A stretch of 61,870 bases of DNA, filler included, from Chiloscyllium plagiosum (Eukaryota), in the NCBI RefSeq assembly GCF_004010195.1. It is 3 parts of one record of this genome, joined end to end, with 100 filler letters (N's around TTAATTAATTAA, not from the genome) between each part and the next. Parts side by side here need not be neighbours in the genome. Positions count along the whole stretch, not along the records: positions 1 to 15,156 come from NC_057717.1; positions 15,257 to 31,465 come from NC_057717.1; 1 more part is not named here. One strand, given 5' to 3'. The stretch's first letter is position 1. Each line of letters begins with the position of its first letter. The translations under genes and the position numbers were made by a program. This document shows positions 12,500 through 24,654 of the stretch, one piece after another. The notes beneath the pieces are model-generated. The model saw only the letters and a list, made by a program, of their open reading frames with translations. It made no database searches and had not been told where the DNA came from.

Positions 12500-12812
12500 A
12501 TGCGAGATCACCATTTATTTCCCATCCCTAATTGCCTAGAGGGCAGTAAAGATTCAACAACATTGTTGTGGGTCTGGTGTCAATTCTTGGATAGACCGAG
12601 AGTGGACAGCCATTTCCTCCCTTGAAGGACATTAGTGAACCGGATGGTTAGTTTGTCACACTCCGAAATGTGTTCATGGCCATGAGCACTCTTCTATCTA
12701 CATTGTTATTGGATTCAAGTTCCACCGTTTACTGCGGTGGGATTCAACGCTGAGACCCTCTCGATCTCTGGATTAGCACTACAGCGATAATGTCACAATG
12801 TCATCCTCCCAT
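12500..12812 (-). mobile_element. Probable old tRNA-derived SINE (SacSINE1/DeuSINE-like)
   Basis: Degenerate tRNA-like head on the minus strand, ending ~12810 (CTAATCCAGAGA...GTTGAATCCCACC...GGTGGAACTTGAATCC), plus a core resembling shark DeuSINEs (AAGGACATTAGTGAACC). Recognised from memory, not aligned. Confidence 0.5.
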
Positions 12813-13950
12813 TGTGTGAGTTGGAATTCTTATGACACGACTGGTGTCCTGTTTCTTGGAAGTGAGATGAAAAGTGTGAGTTGGTGGATAGTAGGAACAG
12901 GATTAGCATAAAGGACATGTGAGCCTTGATTGCATTTTGCTGACATACTCTGTTAGGTAAGGAAATTTCTGGTGAAAGAATATAGATTCAGGAAATTGTG
13001 AAGATGTGATGATTAATTGTTCGCAGATTTATATTACAGAAAAGGTGAAATCTACTGGACAGAACTAAACTGCTGAGATAGAGAGCTGACAACTTAAATA
13101 GAGAGCCACTCCACTTTCATTCCATCGGTCACTTGTGAAACATGACCACTTTGGACTGATACTTCAACTGTTTACATATAAACAAAAAGCCGCTCAAAAT
13201 CATTCTCATTTCTGTACCAAATCAGTTTGATCAGAGCCCGGCCTGATTTATTAACACTCTGAAAAAAAATCAAGGACAGAGTATCNNNNNNNNNNNNNNN
13301 NNNNNNNNNNNNNNNNNNNNNNNNNNNNNNNNNNNNNNNNNNNNNNNNNNNNNNNNNNNNNNNNNNNNNNNNNNNNNNNNNNNNNNNNNNNNNNNNNNNN
13401 NNNNNNNNNNNNNNNNNNNNNNNNNNNNNNNNNNNNNNNNNNNNNNNNNNNNNNNNNNNNNNNNNNNNNNNNNNNNNNNNNNNNNNNNNNNNNNNNNNNN
13501 NNNNNNNNNNNNNNNNNNNNNNNNNNNNNNNNNNNNNNNNNNNNNNNNNNNNNNNNNNNNNNNNNNNNNNNNNNNNNNNNNNNNNNNNNNNNNNNNNNNN
13601 NNNNNNNNNNNNNNNNNNNNNNNNNNNNNNNNNNNNNNNNNNNNNNNNNNNNNNNNNNNNNNNNNNNNNNNNNNNNNNNNNNNNNNNNNNNNNNNNNNNN
13701 NNNNNNNNNNNNNNNNNNNNNNNNNNNNNNNNNNNNNNNNNNNNNNNNNNNNNNNNNNNNNNNNNNNNNNNNNNNNNNNNNNNNNNNNNNNNNNNNNNNN
13801 NNNNNNNNNNNNNNNNNNNNNNNNNNNNNNNNNNNNNNNNNNNNNNNNNNNNNNNNNNNNNNNNNNNNNNNNNNNNNNNNNNNNNNNNNNNNNNNNNNNN
13901 NNNNNNNNNNNNNNNNNNNNNNNNNNNNNNNNNNNNNNNNNNNNNNNNNN

Positions 13951-14280
13951 CAATTTTCCCCCCCGACGTGGTCGACGATGCGCTCCACCGCATCTCTTCC
14001 ACTTCCCGCTCCTCCGCCCTTGAGCCCTGCCCCTCCAACTGCCACCAGGACAGAACCCCACTGGTCCTCACCTACCACCCCACTAACCTCCATGTACAGC
14101 GCATCATCCGCCGTCATTTCCGCCACCTCCAAACGGACCCCACCACCAAGGATATATTTCCCTTCCCTCCCCTATCAGCATTCCGTAAAGACCACTCCAT
14201 CCGTGACTCCCTCGTCAGATCCACACCCCACAAACCCAACCTCCACTCCCGGCACCTTCCCTGCAACCGCAGGAGGTGCA
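13951..14280 (+). mobile_element. Penelope-like element fragment
   Basis: ORF 13968-14288 reads [58 protein letters not shown]. Confidence 0.9.
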
Positions 14281-15256
14281 GAGGCTGAATTTCCTCCTCA
14301 TGTTCCCAGTGCTTCTGTTCTTATGTTAAACAACTGTCAATAAGAAAATCACCACCATCACTGATGGCGATTTGGGGAAAAAGCAAGGGATTCAGGTGGA
14401 TTAGCATTACAAATTTGGATAACGAGGATGTGTGTGACAGATTGTGTTTTATACGTTTAGACTGGACAGTACATTCCAGGCATCCACAATAATCTGTTCT
14501 GAATGTCTATCGTTTACTTACAAAGGTGCCTTTCGTCAAACCATATCCTTCAGTGAACGATCACTGGGGATTGAGAATGTATTTATTTCCCCGGAGTGTT
14601 GTGTTCCCCGGAGTTATTAAATAATGTATTATTGGATGCATAATCCCTGATATTGGTGATGAAGGTAGCATCTGTTGATGATGCTTGCTGGAATGCACAT
14701 GTTTCCCTCTGTTAATATTTATTCTTCAACTGGTAATGTTTTCAGATGATGTTCCCTATCGGTCGAGAAATGTGGCGAGCCAATGATAAATTCTTGGAAG
14801 ATACATGAGGAATTCAGATTCAGGGAATCATAAGTATGTCAAATGGACAGGTTATCATGATAGGGTATGATGTCTGTTACAGTGTGAGCTTGAGGGGGTC
14901 CAGATGACAATGATAGAGTTAGTGTGAGCGGGTCAGATTTACAGTGAGAGTAAGGGGTTCGTGTTGAGAGTGGGGAATGACTGTGCGGGGTGAGTGTGTT
15001 AGGTGTTCAAAGAGTAATTCTCGAGGCAGTTTGACTCAGTGAACTCAGCAATGGGAGGGACACAGCACAGGTAACTGTTCAGAGGGTAGTGAGTGGTATT
15101 CCTGGAGAAAAGATGAGATCCATCACACTGACGTCCACACACTCACTCTGTTAACCNNNNNNNNNNNNNNNNNNNNNNNNNNNNNNNNNNNNNNNNNNNN
15201 TTAATTAATTAANNNNNNNNNNNNNNNNNNNNNNNNNNNNNNNNNNNNNNNNNNNN

Positions 15257-15362
15257 CAGCAGGTCAGGCAGCATCCGAGGAGGAGGAAAATCAACTTTTT
15301 GGGAAGGGCCTTTTGCCCGAAACGTCGATTTTCCTGTTCCTCGAATGCTGCCTCACTTGCTG
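15257..15362. repeat. Fold-back of two opposed Penelope terminal-repeat fragments
   Basis: 15257-15305 is approximately the reverse complement of 15311-15362 (CAGCAGGTCAGGCAGCATCCGAGG.. / ..CCTCGAATGCTGCCTCACTTGCTG). Confidence 0.8.
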
Positions 15363-16349
15363 TGCGTTTCAAGTCCTACTCTGATCTTGATGCTTCTCCT
15401 TATTGGTCGTGGCATAGACTGTAAGAACAGGGAGGTCATTTTGGAACTCTGCATGTCATTGAATTACTGTGTGAAGTTCTCGTCTCGAAAATTATTGGGA
15501 AGAATGTGGTTGCAGCAACTGGATGGATGAGAGGTTCACTGAGATATTGTCAGGAATGGAGTATTGCAAACACGAAGAGAGATTACATAATCTCAGGGAA
15601 TTTTGGGAATTGAAGGTTGAGTAGAGACCGTATAGTGGTGTACACACTGTTGAGAGAAATGCACAGTGTGAGCAGTAAACAATATTCCGAATAAATGAAT
15701 GCTCAATATCAAGCGAGCTTAATTTCAGGGGATTTGAGGCAAAAAAGAACGTTTGCCCTCGGACCGTAATCTGAACTGTAGTGCCAGAAATGGTATTTGA
15801 GGCGATAATATTTGAGCATTGCAAAATAATAGACTTGGATGCGCACGTAAAGTGTCCTAACATCATTTATTTTTAGAAATGACATCGGTAAAGACAATGT
15901 TGCACTTTTGTAACTACACATTGGATGCAGGAAAGTGCCTCGTTTGCACAGTATACATCCATTATTCTGGTGCAAAAACTTTCTCATGTGGATTCAGTGA
16001 TGATAATGTCATTGAATGCCAATGGATGATTTTCTTTCATTGGACATGACCATTACCTGACATACATGTTGCACAAATCGTAATTCCCACTTTCCAGCTC
16101 GAATCTTCATGTTGCCCAAATGGGAAATATCATTGATTAAGCTGTTGAAGATTTTTAGGCAAATGATACTACTCTGATGAACTACTGTGGAGATGTTCTG
16201 CAAGCATTCAAATTTATATCAAACCCCGAACTTAATTGGGCCAGTTTTTGTCAGAACTAGCAGAGAGACTTAAGTATAAGTGTCTTTGATTCCAGTTTTT
16301 CTCGAGGTTCTTAATGTAATAAATGACGCAAAAAAGTCAAATATGGAAT

Positions 16350-16670
16350 TAATGTGGATGGGTGTCATGCTGGTGTCATCTTTGGAAGTATTCTACATTC
16401 TCAAGCTTGGAATGATATTAGTGAATGAAGAGTCAGAAACGAAGACTAGTTGCCAATGAGGGAGTTGTTGCTGAGCAAGTGCTCATTGATTGCTTTGTTG
16501 ATGACATCTTTACTCAGACTATTCATAACCAAGATAAGAGTGATGTGGTGTTGGATTTGTCATTCTTCAGGATATGCCTGGACCATGTTCCTCATTGTCG
16601 GGTTGATGCCAGCATTGTAGCTATAATTGAAAAAAACAACAGTCGTGCTGCTGGTTTTATATCATAAGTA
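16350..16670 (-). mobile_element. Non-LTR retrotransposon RT N-terminal fragment
   Basis: The minus strand reads, with stops and frameshifts, FNYSYNAGINPTM...KNDKSN...SKDVINKAINEHLLSNNSL. Confidence 0.6.
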
Positions 16671-17378
16671 TTTATTATTCTGGCCTGAAAGTTTGTCATG
16701 TCTGACAGCTTTACCAATTTCACGTGCATTCAACAATTTCTTGATATTACCTTGAGTGAATTGAAGTGTATGCAAATTGTTATCCTGTGATTTAACTGCC
16801 GAGAACATTGTCCATAAAGAATAATTATTATAAGTGTTACCTCAGGATTTCTGTTGACGTCCCTTTTGTAAACCTCTCTAACTTTTAGCAATAGCATCAG
16901 ACGTTTATAATGTTGCAATATCATCGATGCTGTTTTTATTTCCTGAGATGGAAATTGTTTAATCCAGTTTCTCTTCTGAAACTGATTACTTATTCTGAGC
17001 ACTTCAGTAAGCTTTTTTGAACCACCCTCATCACAGTTAGTGTTCAGTCAGTGTTGTTGGCCGGATAAGAAAAGGTGTGACTATTGTTTCTTCCGAGTGG
17101 ATGAAGAAACCAGATAGACGTTTACAAAAATCCAAATCATCTCATGACCACCAATGGAGCAGCTTTTGTCTCGAGGCTGCACTCACTGTTCGCTTCCTCA
17201 TTGTTCTGTTACAATTTAGTGCGAACAATTATTCATTGATATAGGAGAAGCCCGCATTTGTTTTCATTTAGATTTTGGCCAAACCATACTTACACAGTCG
17301 CATCAGTTAATAAAATCCTCACCAAATACCAAATTACCAAAAGGATACGTTTGCATATCTTCAATAATTCAGTCATTC

Positions 17379-18271
17379 CTATCTCTCAATTAATTTAATA
17401 ACTACAGTAAAGGGGAATTTCAATATATTCATAAAATTCGTTCTGAATTTAGTTTGTGTTACTGCATAAATGCCAGTGTTCGTACAACAACTCAGAAGCT
17501 GAAGCATCAATCCCATCTCAAGCACGAACGCCTGCAATGATATGGCATGATACCCCAAGCAAAACATGCGATACCAAATTGAATGCAACATTAACGTTGA
17601 CCATAACGTTATGAAATTAGCTGAGACAACGAAGAGTAAAATTATGGATTTTCTACGACTCTCCATCTCTGGATCTTTGCCACTACGAGAAGCGTGAAGT
17701 CTCCTACGAGCTCTGCTTGTCAATAAAATATTTCTCACAGTTATTATATTGAACAACAGAATCAAGATGAAAGGGAAACATGGTGTTAGAATATGATGTA
17801 GAAACTCAATTGCCACCCAGAACATAGATTCTAAAACATTTCCTCTTATGTAACAGAACCAGGGTAAGTTGACCTGGAAATATTTACCTGAAAACATGAA
17901 ATACCAAAAAATATTCTTCATGCAGCTCAAAGCTGTTACAGTTCCCACAACCATCGTAGCTGTTCTTTCCGTGCAGTATTTACACTTCAGCTTCGGGCAG
18001 CAAATGGCAACAAGTCGATCAAAGGTGAAATTGACGGTGTACCATACGGAACAGTCAGTGATTGCATAAAGTAGGACAGCATGGATATTTCACACAGGGA
18101 TATAAATCAAGAAATGAAAATCTTCTCGGTAAACAATTGGAATGTGTCTGAGTTTGAGATCGAAGATAATAACCAGTAAGTCCGCAATTGCCATAGACAC
18201 CAGGTAGAGGGTGACACATTTGGATAGATCACACTTCCCGCGGGACAGAATCACAACTGTCACTGCGTTCA
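17379..18271 (-). pseudogene. GPR139/GPR142-like class A GPCR, main coding exon (TM1 end to C-terminus), with one in-frame TGA at 18092-18090
   Basis: Acceptor ttgtattctgtctcacAG|TGAAC. ORFs 18090-18299 and 17379-17954 share a frame (offset 345) and are joined by open sequence NIHAVLLYAITDCSVWYTVNFTFDRLVAICCPKLKCKYCTERTA. Motifs include YLVSMAIADLLV (TM2), FTFDRLVAIC (TM3), ELFHHILTP-like TM5, KDPEMESRRKSIILLF (TM6) and LQLLSCCTNTGIYAVTQTKFR (TM7/H8). Confidence 0.88.
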
Positions 18272-18344
18272 CTGTGAGACAGAATACAAGGACATGCATG
18301 AATGTTATCTCGGAATCTGGGGGAAAAAAACTTCAAGAGTAAAT

Positions 18345-18850
18345 AACAAAGAACACCATCGTCCCACATCAGGTCCTTCAGCCTTCCAAACCTACACTGC
18401 CATATTTTGCCCTTTCATTCTAAAATTGCTTCGCTTTGAGGACCCATAACTCTCTTTTCCCTTTCCATTCATATCTTCGTCCGTATGCTTTTTAAGTGCT
18501 GCGATTGTGTCTGCTTCAAACACTTCGTCGAGCAACATTTTGTCAGCAGTCATCACTGTGTGTGTGAAAGTATTGCCTCCTGCATCGCGTCCGAACTTCC
18601 CATCTTGCATCTTAAAACTGCGTAATTCACCCTCTACACAGGGAAAATGCCTCATATTTTCCACTCTACCAATGCCATTCACAAACATATGAACTTCTGT
18701 GCTGCGCCACTCAATCTGCTGCATTCCAGTGAAAACAAATCCAGTCGAGCCAATCTTCCTTAATGACTTAAAATGCCCCATACCCGGCAACACCCTCGTT
18801 ATTAAATTCTACACACTCTTCAAAGCATCCTCGGCATGTGCCAGAACTTT
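18345..18850 (-). mobile_element. Degenerate CR1 3' fragment in the GPCR intron
   Basis: MLPGMGHF...EVHMFVNGIGRVE...EVFEADTIAALKKHTD, a CR1 C-terminal pattern. Confidence 0.75.
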
Positions 18851-20314
18851 ACACAATAGATTAGGTATGTCAAAACATAGATAAAATAACCTTTGCCTTT
18901 ACTGAGTGCCAAAGACAATTGGGTGTGATAGGAGTGAAGTACATGCATAATGTGAAGAGTGTGAGAAACTGATGTAATTGCATGTATTTTTCTACGGATA
19001 TACGGTGCATGTACAGAGGAGAATCAGCAAAAGTGGATGGTTCAACTTCTAGCAGAGCAGATTAAGAAGATAATTAATTTAGTTTGATTAAGAGTTTCAT
19101 GAAAACAAAGCTGTTTCAATCGACGCGGTGTCATTAACCATGTGACAGCTCTGCAACACAATTGATAAAAGACGACGGACTGGCTGTACGAATCTCTATT
19201 TTAACAACCAAGTGATATCCAATGGAATGCGTACTTACGTTATGAGGAAAGATTGTCCTAATAAAGGTTTTCAGATCCTGCAGGGAAAAATTTCAATCTT
19301 GGAAGAGTCAGTAATTAGATAAGAAAATAGAGTTGATGAAGAAACAGCATAGTAACAGGAATTCGGATGATCGAGACTGGGAAATAGACCCGAAAATGTC
19401 TACACAGGTTTGCAGAAATGAATTGGATTTTTATTTGTTATTCACGCCAAGACGACAACTCACCATGTACATGCTGAAACGTAGGAAGGGAGAGGTTGTT
19501 TACTCTGGACTATCTGGTTGTGTGCTTAATTGAAAATGGAAGTCTCTGGGTATTTTAGATAACAAAAATCTGTGTTTCTAAGGCCTTAGCAACATTTGTA
19601 GAATAACAAATACGATTTGTGTGTGACGATTCGAATCACATCTGGAATGCAGTTCTTTCAGCTTGTCTTGATATAAAATAAAAGCTAAGGTCTCGGTTAT
19701 TTGAATGGCATGTTTTGAAAGGGGCTAGTTTCCTACATGATTGGGGTTTACCTAAAATCCACTATTTCAAAGAGGACTCTTAATTGGCATTGTTCATAAT
19801 CGAATACTTGTCAATCTATCCAGAATGTAACCAGCCGCATTACATTATTGCGGTTTCAAGATCTCTGTTGGCAATTCTGGTATCATTAGGTTAAAGATAA
19901 TATGAAAAAGTGGAACGCCACTTCTATAACAGTTGCTCCACAAAACACGACATGTTGCAGAGCACAAGAAAGCTTCATCAGACTCGACGTTACGGATCAT
20001 GTTTCTTCTGACGTTGAGATTAGTTCCTGCAACCACTCTCTGTTAACTTGGCGGTTTGTTTGAGTCACGATAAAGAGCCTACACTACTGGGAGAACCAAA
20101 GGATATCCCATGCAGTTTCTCCATGCTTTCAAAATCCCCAGAATTAAGTGGCATAGGCAACGTGAGAAAGACGATGTGATTTTTTTAAAATGAGCCCCAG
20201 GCGATTATTTTTGTATAAGGGAGCATGCAGGTAGTGCTGCAAGGGAATGGAACGTGCTGCTTTAAGTTTAACAAACAATGGTAGGCAAATTGTAGCTATG
20301 GAAAGAAAGCCAAA

Positions 20315-21064
20315 GAACAAATAAAATTTACAACCCAGGTACAGGCCTTTTGGCCAACTAAGCCTGAGCCGTTTCCAAATTTACTATCTAAACCTGTACC
20401 CTAAGTACTAAGCATCTGTATCCCTTTGCTCCCCACCTACTCATGCATCTGTCCAGATGGATCTAAAATGAATCTACAGTGCCTGCCTCTACCAGCTCTG
20501 CTGGCAATGCGTTCCACATGACCACGACCCTCTTTGTGAAGTACTTGCCGCTTGTATTCCCCCTTAAACTTTCCACCTCTGACCTTGAAACTGTGATCTC
20601 TCGTTACTGAATTCTTCATCCTGGGAAAAAGCTTGTCCCTATTCACATGTCGATATCCTTCATGACTTTTTAAACCTCAATCAGGTACCCCTCAATCTCC
20701 TATTTTTCTAATGAAAACAAACCTAACCTACTCAACATCTCGTCATAGCTAGAACATTCCGTACCAGACAACATCTTCGTCAACATTATCTGCGCTCTCT
20801 CAAAAGCGTCCACGCCCTTTGGGAATGTGGCGACCAGAACTGTGCACAGTATTCTGAATGCGGCCGAACCAATGACTTGTACAATTTTAACATGATTTGC
20901 CAGCTGTTGAACGCAATACTCCATCCAGTGAAGGGAAGCATACCATATGCTTTCTTGACCGCTCTATTTCCCTGTGCAGCAACCTACAGGTAGAACGGAC
21001 CTGCACTCTCACATCTCTCTGCCCATCAGCGTTTCCCAAGGCTCTTCCATTCATTGTATAATTC
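20315..21064 (-). mobile_element. CR1 3' fragment
   Basis: AFERAQIMLTKMLSG...LGLFSLEK and NRDKLFPRMKNSVTRDHSFKVRGGKFKG. The 3' UTR contains ACAGGCCTTTTGGCC. Confidence 0.88.
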
Positions 21065-21564
21065 NNNNNNNNNNNNNNNNNNNNNNNNNNNNNNNNNNNN
21101 NNNNNNNNNNNNNNNNNNNNNNNNNNNNNNNNNNNNNNNNNNNNNNNNNNNNNNNNNNNNNNNNNNNNNNNNNNNNNNNNNNNNNNNNNNNNNNNNNNNN
21201 NNNNNNNNNNNNNNNNNNNNNNNNNNNNNNNNNNNNNNNNNNNNNNNNNNNNNNNNNNNNNNNNNNNNNNNNNNNNNNNNNNNNNNNNNNNNNNNNNNNN
21301 NNNNNNNNNNNNNNNNNNNNNNNNNNNNNNNNNNNNNNNNNNNNNNNNNNNNNNNNNNNNNNNNNNNNNNNNNNNNNNNNNNNNNNNNNNNNNNNNNNNN
21401 NNNNNNNNNNNNNNNNNNNNNNNNNNNNNNNNNNNNNNNNNNNNNNNNNNNNNNNNNNNNNNNNNNNNNNNNNNNNNNNNNNNNNNNNNNNNNNNNNNNN
21501 NNNNNNNNNNNNNNNNNNNNNNNNNNNNNNNNNNNNNNNNNNNNNNNNNNNNNNNNNNNNNNNN

Positions 21565-23910
21565 CGCCAATTCGTGGTGGGCAATTACTGTAGTCTAAAT
21601 TCCCACATTTATTTGGTGTCGTTCTCTGAAGCCGAGGCAATGGCCATTTATCTGATCCAGTGGACAGCACTCTGCTCGCAAAGCCAATTTAGGAGGTAAA
21701 AACAATGACTGCAGATGCTGGAAACCAGATTCTGGATTAGTAGTGCTGGAAGAGCACAGCAGTTCAGGCAGCATCCGAGGACAGGCAAAATCGACGTTTT
21801 GGGCAAATGCCCTTCATCAGGAATCAGGAATCGCAAAGCCAATTTGTTGTTTGTAAAACTAATACCAAAAACACTAATTTAGCAGGGATTTCAGATGTAG
21901 TTTATTGAACAAAAGCTTTCGGAATTCGCAACGTGTCTTTTAACCAACCAAGGCGGATCTTGATAACTTTGAATTTGAGGAAAGTATGCAGTTTCAATCA
22001 CCTGAACAGAATGCCCATCAATGACATCCGAGCTTTCCCTTGATTATCATCCGAGAACAATAACCAGTTAATTCCGGAATGGCTTTACTTTACCACAAAT
22101 TTCGCCTTCTCCTGCAAACTTTATCAACCAGCAGCAGAACGTTTTACTGAACTAATCCTGCATGCTTTGCAGATGCATTCAACGATCCCAGCATATTCTC
22201 ATTCAGAGCAATGGGCACCGTCTTAGGGTGGTGTGAACTAAAGCATGGCCTTGTGAGGGGCATGTCATGTCTCATAATGCTTTCTGAGTTCTTTAAGGAG
22301 ATGGCGAGACAGGTCGATGAAGGTCGANNNNNNNNNNNNNNNNNNNNNNNNNNNNNNNNNNNNNNNNNNNNNNNNNNNNNNNNNNNNNNNNNNNNNNNNN
22401 NNNNNNNNNNNNNNNNNNNNNNNNNNNNNNNNNNNNNNNNNNNNNNNNNNNNNNNNNNNNNNNNNNNNNNNNNNNNNNNNNNNNNNNNNNNNNNNNNNNN
22501 NNNNNNNNNNNNNNNNNNNNNNNNNNNNNNNNNNNNNNNNNNNNNNNNNNNNNNNNNNNNNNNNNNNNNNNNNNNNNNNNNNNNNNNNNNNNNNNNNNNN
22601 NNNNNNNNNNNNNNNNNNNNNNNNNNNNNNNNNNNNNNNNNNNNNNNNNNNNNNNGAGTCTGCGGGGGTGTGCGTTTACCTTCCTGTCCGACCGTAAAAA
22701 AATGAAATGTTTATACACTCGAACTCCACCGATTTCTCAACGGTGTTTGAACCTCTGGCGGCATCGTAGTTGTGTTTTCCTTCATGTCGCATCCCCGTCG
22801 GGGTCGTTCCTATCGGAGTCCAGCAGTATATAAATGGAAAGTCACCAATTCCCTGTGTCTCGCATTAATTTATCTGGCAGTCTCACGGCAACAACACTGA
22901 CATCCGAATATCATACCCCAGGTATTTTGTTCCTAGTCTCCATTCCAAATTTAGAGTCCTGCCTTTTGGATGTGGTCAAGTCCTTTTGACAGCACCACAG
23001 ACTACGTGCTGCAGACAAATACCTCCTTGTCCGATTGTTCTTAACTCAGAAGAAAACGGACGGATATTTTCACATTAATTCGAGACAGATCATCAATTAC
23101 TGCAGTATAGCGCCAATTCGTGATGGGTAATTACTGTAGTCTAAATTCCCACATTTATTTGGTGTCGTTCTCTGAAGCCGAGGCAATGGCCATTTAACTG
23201 ATCCAGTGGACAGCACTCTGCTCGCAAAGCCAATTTAGGAGGTAAAAACAATGACTGCAGATGCTGGAAACCAGATTCTGGATTAGTGGTGCTAGAAGAG
23301 CACAGCAGTTCAGGCAGCATCCGAGGACAGGCAGAATCGACGTTTTGGGCAAATGCCCTTCATCAGGAATCAGGAATCGCAAAGCCAATTTGTTGTTTGT
23401 AAAACTAATACCAAAAACACTAATTTAGCAGGGATTTCAGATGTAGTTTATTGAACAAAAGCTTTCGGATATCGCAACGTGTCTTTTAACCAAAAAGGCG
23501 GATCTTGACCAAGCTTTCTCGTCGATTAAAAATTCAACGCATTTGATAACTTTGAATTTGAGGAAAGTATGCAGTTTCGATCACCTGAACAGAATGCCCA
23601 TCAATGACATCCGAGCTTTCCCTTGATTATCATCCGAGAACAATAACCAGTTAATTCCGGAATGGCTTTACTTTTCCACAAATTTCGCCTTCTCCTGCAA
23701 ACTTTATCAACCAGCAGCAGAAAGTTTTACTGAACTCTCCCTGCATGCTTTGCAGATGCATTCAACGATCCCAGCATATTCTCATTCAGAGCAATGGGCA
23801 CCGTCTTAGGGTGGTGTGAACTAAAGCATGGCCTTGTGAGGGGCATGTCATGTCTCATAATGCTTTCTGAGTTCTTTAAGGAGATGGCGAGAAAGGTCGA
23901 TGAAGGTCGA
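21565..23910 (+). repeat. Near-identical ~0.8 kb direct duplication (21565-22327 vs 23111-23910)
   Basis: Both copies start CGCCAATTCGTG and run through ...GGTCGATGAAGGTCGA. They differ by scattered substitutions and a 38-nt indel. Confidence 0.95.
21691..21830 (-). mobile_element. 140-bp Penelope terminal-repeat (hammerhead) module with 15-bp TSD; second copy at ~23237-23376
   Basis: TCGCAAAGCCAATTT occurs at 21676-21690 and 21831-21845. The minus strand reads CTGATGAAGGGCATTTGCCCAAAACGTCG...CCAGCATCTGCAGTC. Confidence 0.88.
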
Positions 23911-24654
23911 GGAGTACATACGTTGTATATGGTCTTCAGCAAGGCTTTTCATAAGGTTCTCCATGCTAGGCTTATTCATAAAGTCAGGAGGTATGGGAAA
24001 CAGGGAGACGTGGCTGTCTAAATTCAGAATTGGTTGGCTGACAGAAGTCAGAGAGTGGCTGCAGATGGAAAGCATTCTGTTCGGTGGTCAGTCGTGAATG
24101 GTGTCCCACAAGGCTTCTGCTCATTGTAGCTTTATAACTTACTTGGATGAGGAGGTTAAAGGGTGGGTTGGTAAATTTGCCGATGACACAATGGTTGTAC
24201 TTGCCGCTCGTATCGAGGGCTATTGCAGGTTGCAGTGCGACATAGACAGGATGCAGATCTTGGCTGAGAAATGGCTGATGGATTGCAAACTGGATAAATG
24301 CGAAGTGACGCATTTTGGGACGTCGACCTTGAATGATGAATATAGGATTAAAGACAGGATACTTGGAAGTGTGTAGGAACTTCGGAATCTTGGTGTTCAA
24401 GCTTGGAAAGAATTCTGAGGGATAGGATTTGTGACTATTTGGGAAAGCATAGGGTGATTAAAGGCAGTCACCATGGCTTTGTGAGGGGAAGAACATGCCT
24501 CAATCGTATTGAGTTCTTAGAGGAGGTGTCAGGACAGGTCAACGATGGTAGAGCAGTGGATGTGGCGTATATGGACTTCAGCAAGGCATTTGATAAGTTT
24601 CCCCATGGTAGGCTCATTCCTAAAGTCAGGAAGTATGGGATACAGGGAGATTTG
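23810..24654 (+). mobile_element. CR1 RT fragments (two adjacent pieces)
   Basis: HGLVRGMSCL...YMVFSKAFHKV, KFADDT, and a second piece HGFVRGRTCL...VDVAYMDFSKAFDKFPHGRL. Confidence 0.9.

Noticed and set aside
15157..15256. Palindromic TTAATTAATTAA island inside N runs (also at 31466-31565)
   Set aside because: The identical 44N+12+44N = 100-bp layout at both sites indicates an artificial six-frame-stop scaffolding spacer. Order and orientation across these joins are uncertain.
17196..17236. SECIS-like ATGA...AAA...GA hairpin on the minus strand ~150 nt after the GPCR stop
   Set aside because: There is only a 7-bp stem (ATTGTTC/GAACAAT) out of register with the GA quartet, and the AAA is too far from ATGA. 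The geometry is not canonical by eye.
22820..22840. TATA-like TATATAAAT in a mildly CpG-rich stretch
   Set aside because: There is no associated downstream gene or other promoter evidence, and the motif is expected by chance.
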